Of a stretch of DNA of 64,000 nt, positions 1 through 9,941 are shown piece after piece. The position numbers and the translations under genes were made by a program. Within the stretch, counting starts at the first letter, position 1. Each line of letters starts with the position of its first letter. Below the pieces are notes generated by a model. That model searched no databases. It was not told the DNA's origin and saw nothing but the letters and a program-made list of their open reading frames with translations. Source of the DNA: Vicinamibacteria bacterium (GTDB lineage: Bacteria > Acidobacteriota > Vicinamibacteria > Marinacidobacterales > Marinacidobacteraceae); assembly GCA_963555995.3 (NCBI GenBank), contig OY821641.1:1792001-1856000 (forward strand), given 5' to 3'.

Positions 1-768
1 GCGGAACCGGGCCAGACGCTTCTCGTCGCCGCCGAAGAAATCGCGAACCTCCGCTTCGCTCTCGGCGCGGTTCATCCCCACGTCCACGACGACGGCGCCC
101 TCGCGGATGGCGTCCGCTCGCACCATCGCCGGCCGGCCGATCGCGGTGCAGAGGATGTCGGCCTCGCGGCAGACGGCGGGGAGGTCGCGGGTCCGCGAGT
201 GACAGAGCGTGACCGTGGCGTGCTGGTGGAGGAGCAGCAGCGCGAGCGGCTTGCCCACGATGTCGCTCCTCCCGACGACCACCGCGCGGGAGCCCTTCAC
301 TTCGATTCCCTCGCGGCGGAACATCTCCATGATCCCCGCCGGGGTGCAGGGAACCGGCCCGGGAAGACCCGCCACCAGGCGGCCCACGTTCTCGGGATGA
401 AAGCCGTCCACGTCCTTCGCCGGACGGATCCGGGCCAGAAACTCCGACGCCGCGAGCCCGTCCGGGAGCGGAAGCTGCAGCAGGATCGCATCCACCGCCT
501 CGTCCCGGTTCAGCCGCTCCAGCAGGCCGCCCAGCTCGGGCGCCGTCGTGGTGGCCGGGAGGCGATGGGTCTCGGAGGCGATCCCCGCCTCCCGCGAGGC
601 CTTGATCTTGCCCCGCACGTAGATCGCCGAAGCGGGGTCGTCGCCCACCAGCACGACCGCCAGTCCGGGCGGACGCCCCGCCGAGCGGGCGAACTCGCGC
701 GCCGCCTCGGCGGCGTCGGCGCGAATCGCGGCGCCGATCTTCTTTCCGTCCAGGATCCTTCCGGCCAT
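1..768 (-). CDS. folD: Bifunctional methylenetetrahydrofolate dehydrogenase/cyclohydrolase (3' end runs off window)
   Basis: Manual translation from ATG 768: MAGRILDGKKIGAAIR...LAVVLVGDDPASAIYVRGK...QLPLP...KDVDGFHPENVG...PCTPAG...VVGRSDIVGKP; GAGGAG RBS upstream. Confidence 0.95.
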   Translation of the reverse strand, partial: MAGRILDGKKIGAAIRADAAEAAREFARSAGRPPGLAVVLVGDDPASAIYVRGKIKASREAGIASETHRLPATTTAPELGGLLERLNRDEAVDAILLQLPLPDGLAASEFLARIRPAKDVDGFHPENVGRLVAGLPGPVPCTPAGIMEMFRREGIEVKGSRAVVVGRSDIVGKPLALLLLHQHATVTLCHSRTRDLPAVCREADILCTAIGRPAMVRADAIREGAVVVDVGMNRAESEAEVRDFFGGDEKRLARFR

Positions 769-805
769 CAATCTCTCCTCGGATGTTTGTTGTCGACGAA
801 GTCTC

Positions 806-1528
806 TCAGCCGGCCTCCGGCCGGGATCCGGCCGCGGCCAGGAGCGCCCGCGCCCGGTCCCCGATCTCGCGGGGCGAGGTGGCGGACACGGCCGAGATCA
901 CCGCCGCCGCATCGGCGCCGGCAGCGAGCACCGAACGGATGCGGTCCCGGCCGATTCCCCCGATCGCGATCAGCGGCCCCCGGTAGAGCGCGCGCGCCTC
1001 CCGGACGCCCGACAGCGAAACCACCGGCGCAGCGTCGGCCTTGGTCGGCGTGTCGAACACGGGTCCCACGGCAAGATAGTCGGCGGGTGCGCGCCTCGAG
1101 AGTTCCACCTCCGCCCGGGTGTGGGTCGAAAGGCCGATCACCGCCCGACGCCCGAGCAGGCGGCGGGCCGCCCCCACCGACAGGTCGTCCTGCCCGAGAT
1201 GGACCCCGTCGGCGCCGGCCAGCAGGGCGACGTCGGCCCGGTCGTTCACCACCACGCGGACGCCGCACCCCGCCGCGCCGCGGACCCCGGCAGACACCCA
1301 GGCCGCGAGGGCGCCTGCCGGAAGTCCCTTCCCCCGGAGCTGGACGATCCGGATTCCGGCGGTCCCGAGCGCGCGGAGCACCGGGCCGGGGTCCCGGCCG
1401 CCGAGTACGCCCGCGTCCAGGATGGGATAGACGGGGCTGGCCGCGAAGAAGGCCCGCGAACACCAGGAGGCCGCCGCACTCGCGTCCCGATCAGTCGAGA
1501 CGCCCGATGAACCCGGTGTCGAAGCCAC
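806..1528 (-). CDS. thiE: Thiamine-phosphate synthase (start uncertain)
   Basis: VQLRGK, VNDRADVA, GVHLGQDD, GLSTH, GPVFDTPTK and AIGGI motifs; nearest in-frame GTG at 1528. Confidence 0.9.
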   Translation of the reverse strand: MASTPGSSGVSTDRDASAAASWCSRAFFAASPVYPILDAGVLGGRDPGPVLRALGTAGIRIVQLRGKGLPAGALAAWVSAGVRGAAGCGVRVVVNDRADVALLAGADGVHLGQDDLSVGAARRLLGRRAVIGLSTHTRAEVELSRRAPADYLAVGPVFDTPTKADAAPVVSLSGVREARALYRGPLIAIGGIGRDRIRSVLAAGADAAAVISAVSATSPREIGDRARALLAAAGSRPEAG

Positions 1529-2825
1529 CCGCGAGAAACTCCTCGCTCTCCATGATGCGGCGGTGGAGGGGAAGGGTGGTGTGGATTCCCTCCACCTCCA
1601 TTTCGGCGAGCGCCCGCCGCATCCGCGCCACCGCGTGCACCCGGTCCTCACCGTGCACGATGAGCTTGGCGACCAGCGAGTCGTAGTAGGGGGGGATGAC
1701 CGCTCCCGCGTGCGCCGCCGTATCCAACCGCACCCCGGGTCCGCCGGGGCCGTGGAAGGCCGTGATGGTTCCCGGACTCGGGATGAACCGCTCCGGATCC
1801 TCGGCGTTGATCCGGCATTCGATCGCGGCGCCGGCGATCCGGACGGACTCCTGCGAGAACGAGAGCGGCTCCCCCGCGGCCACCCGGATCTGTTCGCGCA
1901 CGAGGTCCAGTCCGGTCACCATTTCCGTCACCGGGTGCTCCACCTGGATGCGCACGTTCATCTCGCTGAAGAAGAAGTGGCCGTCGGGGTCCATCAGGAA
2001 CTCGACGGTGCCGGCGTTGCGGTATCCCACCGCCTCGGCGGCCTTCACCGCCGCCGCTCCGAGCTTCGCCCGCGTCGCTTCGGTGAGGCCGGGCCCCGGC
2101 GCCTCTTCGACGAGCTTCTGGTGCCGGCGCTGCACCGAACAGTCCCGCTCGCCGAGATGGACCGTGCTGCCGTGCGCGTCCGCGAAGACCTGGACCTCCA
2201 CGTGGCGCACGCTCGGCAGATACCGCTCGATGTAGACCTCGGCATCCCCGAAGGCGGCCTGCGCCTCGGTCGCGGCCGAGTTCAGCGCCGGCGCCAGTTC
2301 CGACTCGCTGCCCACGATGCGCATGCCGCGTCCGCCGCCGCCGAAGGAAGCCTTCAGCAGGACCGGGTACCCGACCTCGCCCGCGACCCGGGTGGCTTCC
2401 TCCACGCCGGACACGCCGGACTCGGTCCCCGGGAGAATCGGCACCCCGGCCTCGCGCATGATCCGCCGCGCGAGCGCCTTGTCGCCCATGCTCCGAATGC
2501 TCTCCGGGGGCGGGCCGATGAAGGTCACCCGGCAGGCCTCGCAGACCTCGGCGAGCGCGTGGCTCTCGGCGAGGAATCCGTAACCGGGATGGATGGCGTC
2601 GGCGCCGGAGATCTCCGCCGCGGTCAGGATGCGCGGGACGTCGAGGTAGCTCTCCGCCGGGGCGGCCGGCCCGATGCAGACCCCTTCGTCGGCGAGCCGC
2701 ACCGGCAGGGCGTCGCGGTCCGCATCGGAATAGGCGATCACGGTCCGCAGGCCGAGGTCCCGGCAGGCCGCGATGATCCGCACCGCGATTTCGCCGCGGT
2801 TTGCGACCAGGACCTTGCCGAACAC
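1491..2825 (-). CDS. accC: Acetyl-CoA carboxylase biotin carboxylase subunit
   Basis: ANRGEIA, HPGYGFLAE, GGGGRGMR, ERDCSVQRRHQK, RIQVEHPVTE, YYDSLVAKL. Confidence 0.97.
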   Translation of the reverse strand: MFGKVLVANRGEIAVRIIAACRDLGLRTVIAYSDADRDALPVRLADEGVCIGPAAPAESYLDVPRILTAAEISGADAIHPGYGFLAESHALAEVCEACRVTFIGPPPESIRSMGDKALARRIMREAGVPILPGTESGVSGVEEATRVAGEVGYPVLLKASFGGGGRGMRIVGSESELAPALNSAATEAQAAFGDAEVYIERYLPSVRHVEVQVFADAHGSTVHLGERDCSVQRRHQKLVEEAPGPGLTEATRAKLGAAAVKAAEAVGYRNAGTVEFLMDPDGHFFFSEMNVRIQVEHPVTEMVTGLDLVREQIRVAAGEPLSFSQESVRIAGAAIECRINAEDPERFIPSPGTITAFHGPGGPGVRLDTAAHAGAVIPPYYDSLVAKLIVHGEDRVHAVARMRRALAEMEVEGIHTTLPLHRRIMESEEFLAGGFDTGFIGRLD

Positions 2826-2861
2826 GTCAGCAGCCTGTGAACCGGGTCACGCGGCGTTCGT

Positions 2862-3329
2862 TCAGATTGGCCGGATTTCGAAGAGCCGGTCCCCGAACTG
2901 CACCGCGGAGCCGTCCTCGGGGACGATCTCGACGACTTCCCCACTCTGCTCGGCCTCGATGTTGTTCATCAGCTTCATCGCCTCGATGATGCAGAGTACC
3001 TGTCCCTTGCGGACCCGGTCTCCCACACTGACGAACGCCTCCGCCTCGGGCCGCGGCCGGCGGTAGAACGTCCCCACCATCGGCGCGGTCACGGTCTCCA
3101 GTCCGGACGCCGCCGCATCCGCCGACCCATCGTCCTCCGGGGCCGCCGGCGCCGGGGCGGCGGCCGCCGCCGGGAGGGGAGCGGCCGCCGTTGCCGCCGG
3201 CCCCCGCGCGACGCGCAGACGCGCCCCTCCGACGCGGAGGTCCACCTCGTGGAACTCCGTTCCGGCGAGTTGGTCGAGCGCCTCCAGCAGGTCGGCGAGA
3301 GTGGGCTCTTTGGACGAGGATGCGGGCAC
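2862..3329 (-). CDS. accB: Biotin carboxyl carrier protein
   Basis: APMVGTFY, EAMKLMN biotinylation motif, Ala/Pro linker. Confidence 0.97.
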   Translation of the reverse strand: MPASSSKEPTLADLLEALDQLAGTEFHEVDLRVGGARLRVARGPAATAAAPLPAAAAAPAPAAPEDDGSADAAASGLETVTAPMVGTFYRRPRPEAEAFVSVGDRVRKGQVLCIIEAMKLMNNIEAEQSGEVVEIVPEDGSAVQFGDRLFEIRPI

Positions 3330-3434
3330 GAACGGCAGCGGGGCTCGGCCCGCAACGGCCGGAACGGTACCACAACGCAGGGCACGTCCCGCCGCCGGGA
3401 CGGAGGGCTTCGCCGGTTCCCCAACCGGTCCGTT

Positions 3435-5240
3435 TCAGGGTGGAGACCGTCCCGCGCCATCCGGCGTCCGAGACCCCCCGACCGCGCGGATCCGCGGCGT
3501 CAGGAAGATGAGCAGCTCCTCGTCGCGGTGGTTCTGCTCGCGTGACCGGAACAGGTGTCCCAGGAGCGGAATCCGGTGCAGGCCCGGGACCCGGCCCCGG
3601 TCCTGCGACTGCTGGGTGGCGAAGACGCCCCCCAGCACCGTGGTGGCCCCGTCGTCCACCCGCACGCGGGTCGTCGCCTGCTGGGTCAGGATGCTCGGAA
3701 TCCCTCCCACCGCCTGACCGAAGTCCAGCGCGTCGTTGCTGACCGTCAGGTCGAGCAGGACCGTCCCCTCGGGGCTGACCTGCGGCGTCACCGTGAGTTC
3801 GAGCACGGCGTCCCGGAACTGCACCGTGACGGTGTTGTTGGCCACCACCTGGACCGGGAAGGTCACACCCTGCTTGATCGTCGCCGGCCGGGCGTTCTGG
3901 GCAACGATCCGGGGAGCCGACAGGATCCGCACCTCACCCCGCCGTTCGGCGGCGCTCAGCGCCAGGTCGAGATGGGCGGCCCCGTTCAGGGCGCCCAGCG
4001 CGAGCCCCAGCGCCCCGGTGGGAGCCCCGCTGATGGGGAGGTTGACGCCGTAGCCCCGGCGCTCGCCGTCCTGGTTCACCGGGGCCGACACGCCGCCGGC
4101 CGGCGCTCCCGTGGAGAACGACGAGCCCGCGCCCCCGATGACGTCCGCCCCGATGCGGACGGACTGCGGCAGCTTCTTCCCGGTGTGTTCGCGGACCAGT
4201 CCCCCGCCCCACTGGATTCCGAGCCGGCGGGTCAGCGTCCGCGTCGCCAGCACGATGCGCGCCTCGATCTCCACGCCGGGCACCGGAATGTCGAGCAGGT
4301 CGAGCACCGACTCGATCTCCTCGATCCGGCTCTCCACGTCGGCCACCAGGACGGTCCCCGTCCGCTGGTCGGCGATGAGCGAGCCGCGCGCGCTCAGGCG
4401 GCTTTCGAGCATCTCCCTCACCTCCTCCGGACGTACGTAGGCGAGGCTGCGGCTGAAGGTCATCAGGTCGCCGGCGAGTTCCCGCGCTTCCTGCTGGCGC
4501 CGCCGCTCTTCGAACTCGCCCGCCAGTTCGGCGGCCGGACCCACCCGCAGCACGCCGTCCTCGAGCACGTGCCCCAGGCGCTGGGAGCGGAGGACGAGTT
4601 CCAGCGCCTGTTCCCAGGGGATCTCGCTCAGCCGCAGCGAGACCCGACCGGCGACCCCGGGCTGGAGCACGAAGTCGAGCCCGCTCACTTCGCTCAGGAC
4701 GCGGAGCACGTCCCGGAGGTCCGCGTCCCGGAAATCGAGGCTGACCCGCGGCCCGGCCGCCTCCCCGGAGGGACCGGCGGCCCGCTCCGCGTCCTCCACG
4801 GGCGGCTCCGGCGGGGCCCGGCAGGCGATCTCGAGGCCGGCATCGAACAGCGAGGGAGTGCAGGCGACGCCCGGGGCGGCGAACACCGTGACGCCCTCCG
4901 ACTCGTCCGCGGAAACCCGCACCTCGAGGACCTCGGGGGTTCCGACCCCCCACGAACCCGCGACCGCCGAGAGATCCACCCCCGGCATCAGCACCTGGAA
5001 GCGGTCCGCGAGCGGTGCGCCCGCCGGCTCCCGCAGCCTCCCGTCCGTGATCAGCCGCAGCAGGGTCTCCCCGGGGCTCGGGGCGACCTCCAGTCCGGTC
5101 ACCGCCGGCCGGGCCGCGGTCACCCGGACCTGCGGCGGCTGGGACGCGGACGCGGCGGCCGGACGAGCCGGCGACCCGACGAGGACAACGAGGGCACCGC
5201 ACGCGAGCCGGAACCCTGCAAGATGTTTCACTGACTTCAT
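3435..5240 (-). CDS. pilQ: Type IV pilus/competence secretin
   Basis: VSLDFRDADLRDVLR STN region; IEARIV; LSAPRI; VPGLHRIPLLGHLFR...ELLIFLTPRI secretin C-terminus; ATG 5240 with GGAG RBS. Confidence 0.92.
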   Translation of the reverse strand: MKSVKHLAGFRLACGALVVLVGSPARPAAASASQPPQVRVTAARPAVTGLEVAPSPGETLLRLITDGRLREPAGAPLADRFQVLMPGVDLSAVAGSWGVGTPEVLEVRVSADESEGVTVFAAPGVACTPSLFDAGLEIACRAPPEPPVEDAERAAGPSGEAAGPRVSLDFRDADLRDVLRVLSEVSGLDFVLQPGVAGRVSLRLSEIPWEQALELVLRSQRLGHVLEDGVLRVGPAAELAGEFEERRRQQEARELAGDLMTFSRSLAYVRPEEVREMLESRLSARGSLIADQRTGTVLVADVESRIEEIESVLDLLDIPVPGVEIEARIVLATRTLTRRLGIQWGGGLVREHTGKKLPQSVRIGADVIGGAGSSFSTGAPAGGVSAPVNQDGERRGYGVNLPISGAPTGALGLALGALNGAAHLDLALSAAERRGEVRILSAPRIVAQNARPATIKQGVTFPVQVVANNTVTVQFRDAVLELTVTPQVSPEGTVLLDLTVSNDALDFGQAVGGIPSILTQQATTRVRVDDGATTVLGGVFATQQSQDRGRVPGLHRIPLLGHLFRSREQNHRDEELLIFLTPRIRAVGGSRTPDGAGRSPP

Positions 5241-5683
5241 CACTCCTCCTCGGGAGCCCCCAAGCGCTCGAGCGGCCGATGGACGGGGCGGTCCGGATCT
5301 CCCTCCAGCCAGAAGACGACGACGCCCGGCTCGATCTCCCCCAGGACCCCGTCCAGCAGGTGATCGCCCGGCGCCGCGACGAACCCCTCTCCGGCAGGGG
5401 ACTCGAGAATCGCCCAGCCGGAAGGATCGGGCCGGGAATCCGAGCCGGGCGGAATCCGAACCCTCACGATTCCCCGAACCACGGCTTCGGTCACCCCGAC
5501 GCCGGCAAGCCCCGGCGGCCGCGGGGTATCGGAGCCGGCCCCCGGGGGCCGGAACGGATCGCGCACCGGTTGCCGCTCGCCCCGCTGGAGCGGGGGGAGA
5601 AGCCGGCCGCCCGTCGCATCCGCCGGTCCCGGCCCGGCGAATCCCGCCGCCAGCAGGACCAGCGGCCACCAGTTCGCGCGCAT
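5240..5683 (-). CDS. pilP: PilP-like pilus assembly protein
   Basis: Signal peptide, RDPF motif, position between pilO and pilQ. Confidence 0.7.
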   Translation of the reverse strand: MRANWWPLVLLAAGFAGPGPADATGGRLLPPLQRGERQPVRDPFRPPGAGSDTPRPPGLAGVGVTEAVVRGIVRVRIPPGSDSRPDPSGWAILESPAGEGFVAAPGDHLLDGVLGEIEPGVVVFWLEGDPDRPVHRPLERLGAPEEE

Positions 5684-6273
5684 CACTCCTCCGGACTCCC
5701 GGACGCCGGCTCCTCCAGATCGGGCGTCTCCGGGACGAGGTCCTCGACGGCCCGGACGGTGACCGCGACGAAACGGCACTGGAGAAGGTCGCCGGGCGTC
5801 CGTTCGAGCGTGACCTCTTCCATCAGCACCAGGTGCGGCGAGAGCGAGACCCGTTCGAAGAAGCGCAGGAAGTCCCCGAACGCGCCCTCCGCGACGACGG
5901 AAACGGCGCTCGCCTGGTACCCGTCCAGCCGGTACCCGGGCTCGGGCGCGAAGCGCAGGAACCGGACGCCCGCCGCCGCCGCGGTCGCACCGAGCGACTG
6001 CAGGACGGCCTCCGACTCACCCGAGGTGGCCAGGATGCCCCGAAGCGCCGCGACCCGCTCCTCGACCCGGGCCCGCTCCCCGGCCAGTTCCGCAGCCTCC
6101 CCGGCGTCCGGGCCCGCGGGCGCCGGCGCGTGCAACCGCGCCACCTCCTCCTCGACCCGCTCGGCCTCCAGGACCATCCCCGGCCGTACCCCCAGGCGGA
6201 AGACGGCGTAGGCCAAGACGGCCGCGGCCAGGAACGACCCGGCCCCCGCCCATCGGAACGCGGAGCCTCTCAA
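5683..6273 (-). CDS. pilO: PilO-like pilus assembly protein
   Basis: N-terminal TM, coiled coil, EGAFGDFLRFFERV; TTG start overlaps the pilN stop. Confidence 0.75.
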   Translation of the reverse strand: MRGSAFRWAGAGSFLAAAVLAYAVFRLGVRPGMVLEAERVEEEVARLHAPAPAGPDAGEAAELAGERARVEERVAALRGILATSGESEAVLQSLGATAAAAGVRFLRFAPEPGYRLDGYQASAVSVVAEGAFGDFLRFFERVSLSPHLVLMEEVTLERTPGDLLQCRFVAVTVRAVEDLVPETPDLEEPASGSPEE

Positions 6274-6890
6274 CGGGACCTCTCTCCCGTCCGGGACAGC
6301 GCTTCGACGCGCTCGAAGGGCTCCGGTTCCCTCGACGCGTAGCGAAGCGACCCGGCGAACGCGAAGCGCTGTTCCGCCGCGTCCGCCGCCTCGCCGGCCT
6401 GCTCGACCCAGAGCAGTTCCAGCCCGTTCATCCGCTCCGTTTCCAGGAGGGCCTCCAGGGTCCGGCCGACAACCGCCGCGGAACTCGCCCGTCCGGTCAC
6501 CCGGAGCTCGGCACCGTCGCGGCGGACCGCTTCGAGAACGACGGCGTCCGGGACCGCGTCCGCCAGCGCCCGGAGCAGTTCCGGGAGCAGGAACCGCTCC
6601 TCGTCCCAGCGGGCGAGGCGGGCCTCCTCGATCCGCAGCCGGCGAAGCCGCTCGCGATCCGCAACGAGACGCTCCTCCAGGCCCCGGCGCTCGGCGGCCA
6701 CGACCCGCAGGCGGTCCCGCTCGGTGCGCGCGCCTTCGAGACGCGTGGTGAGGGAACGGACGTCGAGCCCGATGACCGCCAGCGTGAGGCCGGCGAGGAA
6801 CACGCTCGCCAGCAGCCGGACCCGTCCGGGGAACGCGGCGCTCCCGGTCCTCCTCCGGGACCGCCGGTCGTCCGCGGGCAGGAGATTCAT
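6270..6890 (-). CDS. pilN: PilN-like pilus assembly protein
   Basis: MNLLP motif, TM, coiled coil, LADAVPDAVVL...LRVTGRA. Confidence 0.85.
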   Translation of the reverse strand: MNLLPADDRRSRRRTGSAAFPGRVRLLASVFLAGLTLAVIGLDVRSLTTRLEGARTERDRLRVVAAERRGLEERLVADRERLRRLRIEEARLARWDEERFLLPELLRALADAVPDAVVLEAVRRDGAELRVTGRASSAAVVGRTLEALLETERMNGLELLWVEQAGEAADAAEQRFAFAGSLRYASREPEPFERVEALSRTGERSR

Positions 6891-8044
6891 GCGCGGAGGC
6901 GGGTCCCCGGCCCCTGCTGATCGAGAATCGCCTGGTAGGCGAGCCCGGCGGCCACCGAGTAGGCCGGTCCGTAGCCCGACGGAGCGAGCCGCGCGAGCGG
7001 ATCGAGCACCACCGGGTCCCCGGCGGCGAAGTCGCCAAGACCCGCTCGAACCGCGGGAGCGTGGGCTCCGCCACCGCTCAGGAACACCCGGACCCCGTGG
7101 CGCAACCCGGCCTCGCGCCGAGCTTCGCGCGCCGCCGCCGCGATCCCGTCCTGAAGCACCGCCGCACCCGCGGCCGGGCTCCCCGGCGACCCGATCCCCC
7201 GGTCGCTCCCGGAAGCGGCCGGCCCGGCTCCCGCTGCCGCCTCCGCCGGCGAACCGCCCGCCGCCGGCGCCCCCGCGCCGGGCGCGGGAACGCTCGCCAG
7301 CAGATCGGCCGGAGCGCCCGCCGGGGCGGGAGGACCGGGCCCGAGGCCGGGGCCGGCCAGCGGCGCATCGCCGAAGACGTGGATTCCGGAACGGGAGGCG
7401 CCGATCTCCACGACCGCCAGCGCGCCGGCCTCCCGGTCCGCGCCCGCGAGACGGCCCGCCAACCCGACCGCCGCATGGAGCGCGTACGGCTCGAGTTCGA
7501 TCCGGGTCGCCTCCCTCCCGGCGGCCGCCGCGGCCCGGCAGTGATCGAGGACGATCTCCCGCGGCGCGGCGCCGAAGACGACCGCCCGGAGCCCCCTGCC
7601 GTCCGAGTCGCCCGACGCCGCCTCCGGGTCGGCGGAGGGTGCGTCCTCGTAGTCGAACTCGAGGGATTCCAGATGGAAGGGGATGTGGCGGGCCGCTTCC
7701 CGGGCGACCGCCTCGCGCAGGTCGCCCGGCGCCGTCCCCCGCGCCACCGCCTCGGGCGGCAGGGAGAACCGCTTGACGAGGACCGAACTGCCCCCGATGG
7801 CGAGCCCCAGCAGCCGGCGCCGCACCCGGAGCCGGGTGAGCAGCCGCCCGAGCGCGGAGCCGACGGCGTCCGGGTCGCGCACCGCACCGTCCCAGAGGGT
7901 CCCCGGCGGGAGCGGCTCGAGCCCCGCCCCCAGCAGCGTCAGCTCCCCGCCGTCGGCGGCGAGGGCCACCGCCTTGACCCCGCAGTGCCCGAGGTCCACT
8001 CCGACCCCCTGAAGCGGGCGTCTCCAGTGGACGAGTCGGCGCAC
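6887..8044 (-). CDS. pilM: PilM actin-like pilus assembly protein
   Basis: VGVDLGHCGVKAV, HIPF..E..FDY, VEIGAS, FLSGGGA, VAAGLA; first gene of the pilMNOPQ operon. Confidence 0.85.
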   Translation of the reverse strand: MRRLVHWRRPLQGVGVDLGHCGVKAVALAADGGELTLLGAGLEPLPPGTLWDGAVRDPDAVGSALGRLLTRLRVRRRLLGLAIGGSSVLVKRFSLPPEAVARGTAPGDLREAVAREAARHIPFHLESLEFDYEDAPSADPEAASGDSDGRGLRAVVFGAAPREIVLDHCRAAAAAGREATRIELEPYALHAAVGLAGRLAGADREAGALAVVEIGASRSGIHVFGDAPLAGPGLGPGPPAPAGAPADLLASVPAPGAGAPAAGGSPAEAAAGAGPAASGSDRGIGSPGSPAAGAAVLQDGIAAAAREARREAGLRHGVRVFLSGGGAHAPAVRAGLGDFAAGDPVVLDPLARLAPSGYGPAYSVAAGLAYQAILDQQGPGTRLRA

Positions 8045-8151
8045 ACTTCCCTAGACGTAAAAAGCACCGAAAAATTCCCGTTTCGGGCCGAAATGTGGAA
8101 AAGTCGAAGCGAAGCGGCACCAAAAGCCGGGTCGGAACGCTCCGGACCCGC

Positions 8152-9360
8152 CTATTTCGGCGGAGGAGGGTCCGACTCGGCCGCTTCCGCCGGGGGCGGC
8201 AGGAGGCCGCAGCGCACCGGCCAGTCCGCGGACGGGATGACCGGACGCAGCGGCCTGGCGCCGGGGGGCCGGGGCTCGACCGCGGCGGCCGGTTCCCAGA
8301 ACGCGCCGGCCGCAGCGTCGGGACAGTCGGCCCGCCCGTGCCCGAAGTAGTCGTCGCGTCCCGCGTCCACCACCACCTCGTCGTGTCCGCTCCACTCGGG
8401 TCCCGCGTACATGAGGTCCCCGGCGCTGGTCCCGACGTGCGCGCTCGTCTCCAGCCGATCGGGAGCGCACTCCGGCACGGCCCCGAAGACGTGCAGCAGC
8501 TCGTGCACCAGCACCGCTTCGTAGGTGGAGGCCGTCTCCCGATCCTCGCCCACCGCCCGCGGGCTGCATCCCTCCGGGTGCACGAAGGCGACGGCGACCC
8601 GGCCCTCCGCGCTGGCGCTGCCGCAGAGGTCCCCCGAAGGTCCGGCGTAGTACACCGCGTACGCCTTCTCGGGGGAGGTTCCGGGCCCGTCCCGGATGGC
8701 GCCCCCGAGGTCCTCGACCAGCGCGGCGCCCCGCTCCTCTCCCTCCCGGGCCGTGAAGGGCAGGCGCAGGAAGGTCACGTCGAGCCCGCCCCCGGCGGTG
8801 TCGAGCCTGAGGCGCTGCCCGGTCTCGGCCGCCAGCCAGTGCTGGATGGCCGCGAGCGACCGTTCGATGTCGCCGTGGCGATCCAGGTTCCCGTCCTCCG
8901 CGTCGCTCGGGAGCGCATAGACGACGTGGATCTGCGGACCGGCGAGGTCGTCCGGCTGGTCCCGGTCGTGGCGGGGGTTCGGCGCCAGCACCTCGAGGTC
9001 CAGCGCGTCGCCGAACTCCTCGAACGAGGCCGAGACGGTGGCGCGGCCCACGGCGGCGCCGGTCAGCGTCCCGTCTTCCCCGACCTCCACGACCGACGGG
9101 TCCGAGGAGGTCCAGACGGCTTCCACGAGGGCCGTGGCGCCGTCGTCGTAGCGGCCGTAGGCGAGCGCCGGCCCGGTCACCTGACCGACCCGCAGATCGT
9201 TCCGCGCCAGGGTGACCTCGAGGCCCCTCAACTCCTTCAGGGAAACCCGGGGCGTTCCCGGGGTGACCGGAGTCCGGTTGTTCTCCCCCCCGCCGCACGC
9301 GAGACCCGCCAGCAACAGCGACGCCGCCCACCGGGTCGCCGCCGTCCGCGCCGGAGTCAC
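8152..9360 (-). CDS. Putative lipoprotein with Ig-like (Big_2) domain and HExxH zinc metallopeptidase domain
   Basis: Lipobox LAGLAC; VWTSSDPSVVEV.E.G.L (Big_2-like); HELLH and downstream DLMY; GTG 9360 overlaps the tag stop. Confidence 0.65.
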   Translation of the reverse strand: MTPARTAATRWAASLLLAGLACGGGENNRTPVTPGTPRVSLKELRGLEVTLARNDLRVGQVTGPALAYGRYDDGATALVEAVWTSSDPSVVEVGEDGTLTGAAVGRATVSASFEEFGDALDLEVLAPNPRHDRDQPDDLAGPQIHVVYALPSDAEDGNLDRHGDIERSLAAIQHWLAAETGQRLRLDTAGGGLDVTFLRLPFTAREGEERGAALVEDLGGAIRDGPGTSPEKAYAVYYAGPSGDLCGSASAEGRVAVAFVHPEGCSPRAVGEDRETASTYEAVLVHELLHVFGAVPECAPDRLETSAHVGTSAGDLMYAGPEWSGHDEVVVDAGRDDYFGHGRADCPDAAAGAFWEPAAAVEPRPPGARPLRPVIPSADWPVRCGLLPPPAEAAESDPPPPK

Positions 9361-9941
9361 CGGTCCGGGCCGCCCAGCTCCCGGTGCCGGAAGCAGGACA
9401 CCAGATGGTCGTTCACGAGGCCGGTCGCCTGCATGTGGGCGTAGAGGATGGTCTCGCCCACGAAGCGGAAGCCGCGGGCCTTCAGGTCCCGCGCCAGCGC
9501 CGCCGACGCTTCCGAGGCCGCCGGGACCTCGTCGTCGCGCCGCCACCGGTTCACCAGCGGCGCCCCGCCCACGAAGCTCCAGATGTAGTCGCTGAAGCTC
9601 CCGAACTCCCGCTGCACTTCGAGGAACCGCCGCGCGTTGTTGACCGCGGCCTCCACCTTCGCGCGGTTCCGGATGATGGCCGGGTCCGCGAGCAGGCGCT
9701 CGATCCGCAGTTGCCGGAAGCGGGCGACCCTGTCGGGGTCGAAGCCGGCGAACGCCTTCCGATATCCCGCGCGCCGCTTCAGGATGGTGGCCCAGCTCAG
9801 GCCCGCCTGGGCGGATTCCAGCACCAGGAACTCGAACTGGGTCCGGTCGTCGCGGACCGGAACGCCCCACTCCTCGTCGTGATAGCGGACGTACTCCGGG
9901 AAGGTCCCCTCGGCCCACCCGCAGCGCCGCCGCCCGCTCAC
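9357..9941 (-). CDS. tag: DNA-3-methyladenine glycosylase I
   Basis: RCGWA, YHDEEWG, LESAQAGLSW, IIRNRAK, NDHLVSCF. Confidence 0.95.
   Translation of the reverse strand: MSGRRRCGWAEGTFPEYVRYHDEEWGVPVRDDRTQFEFLVLESAQAGLSWATILKRRAGYRKAFAGFDPDRVARFRQLRIERLLADPAIIRNRAKVEAAVNNARRFLEVQREFGSFSDYIWSFVGGAPLVNRWRRDDEVPAASEASAALARDLKARGFRFVGETILYAHMQATGLVNDHLVSCFRHRELGGPDR

Noticed and set aside
8050-8150. Sigma54 promoter for pilM
   Set aside because: AT-rich and probably a promoter, but I found no GG-N10-GC match
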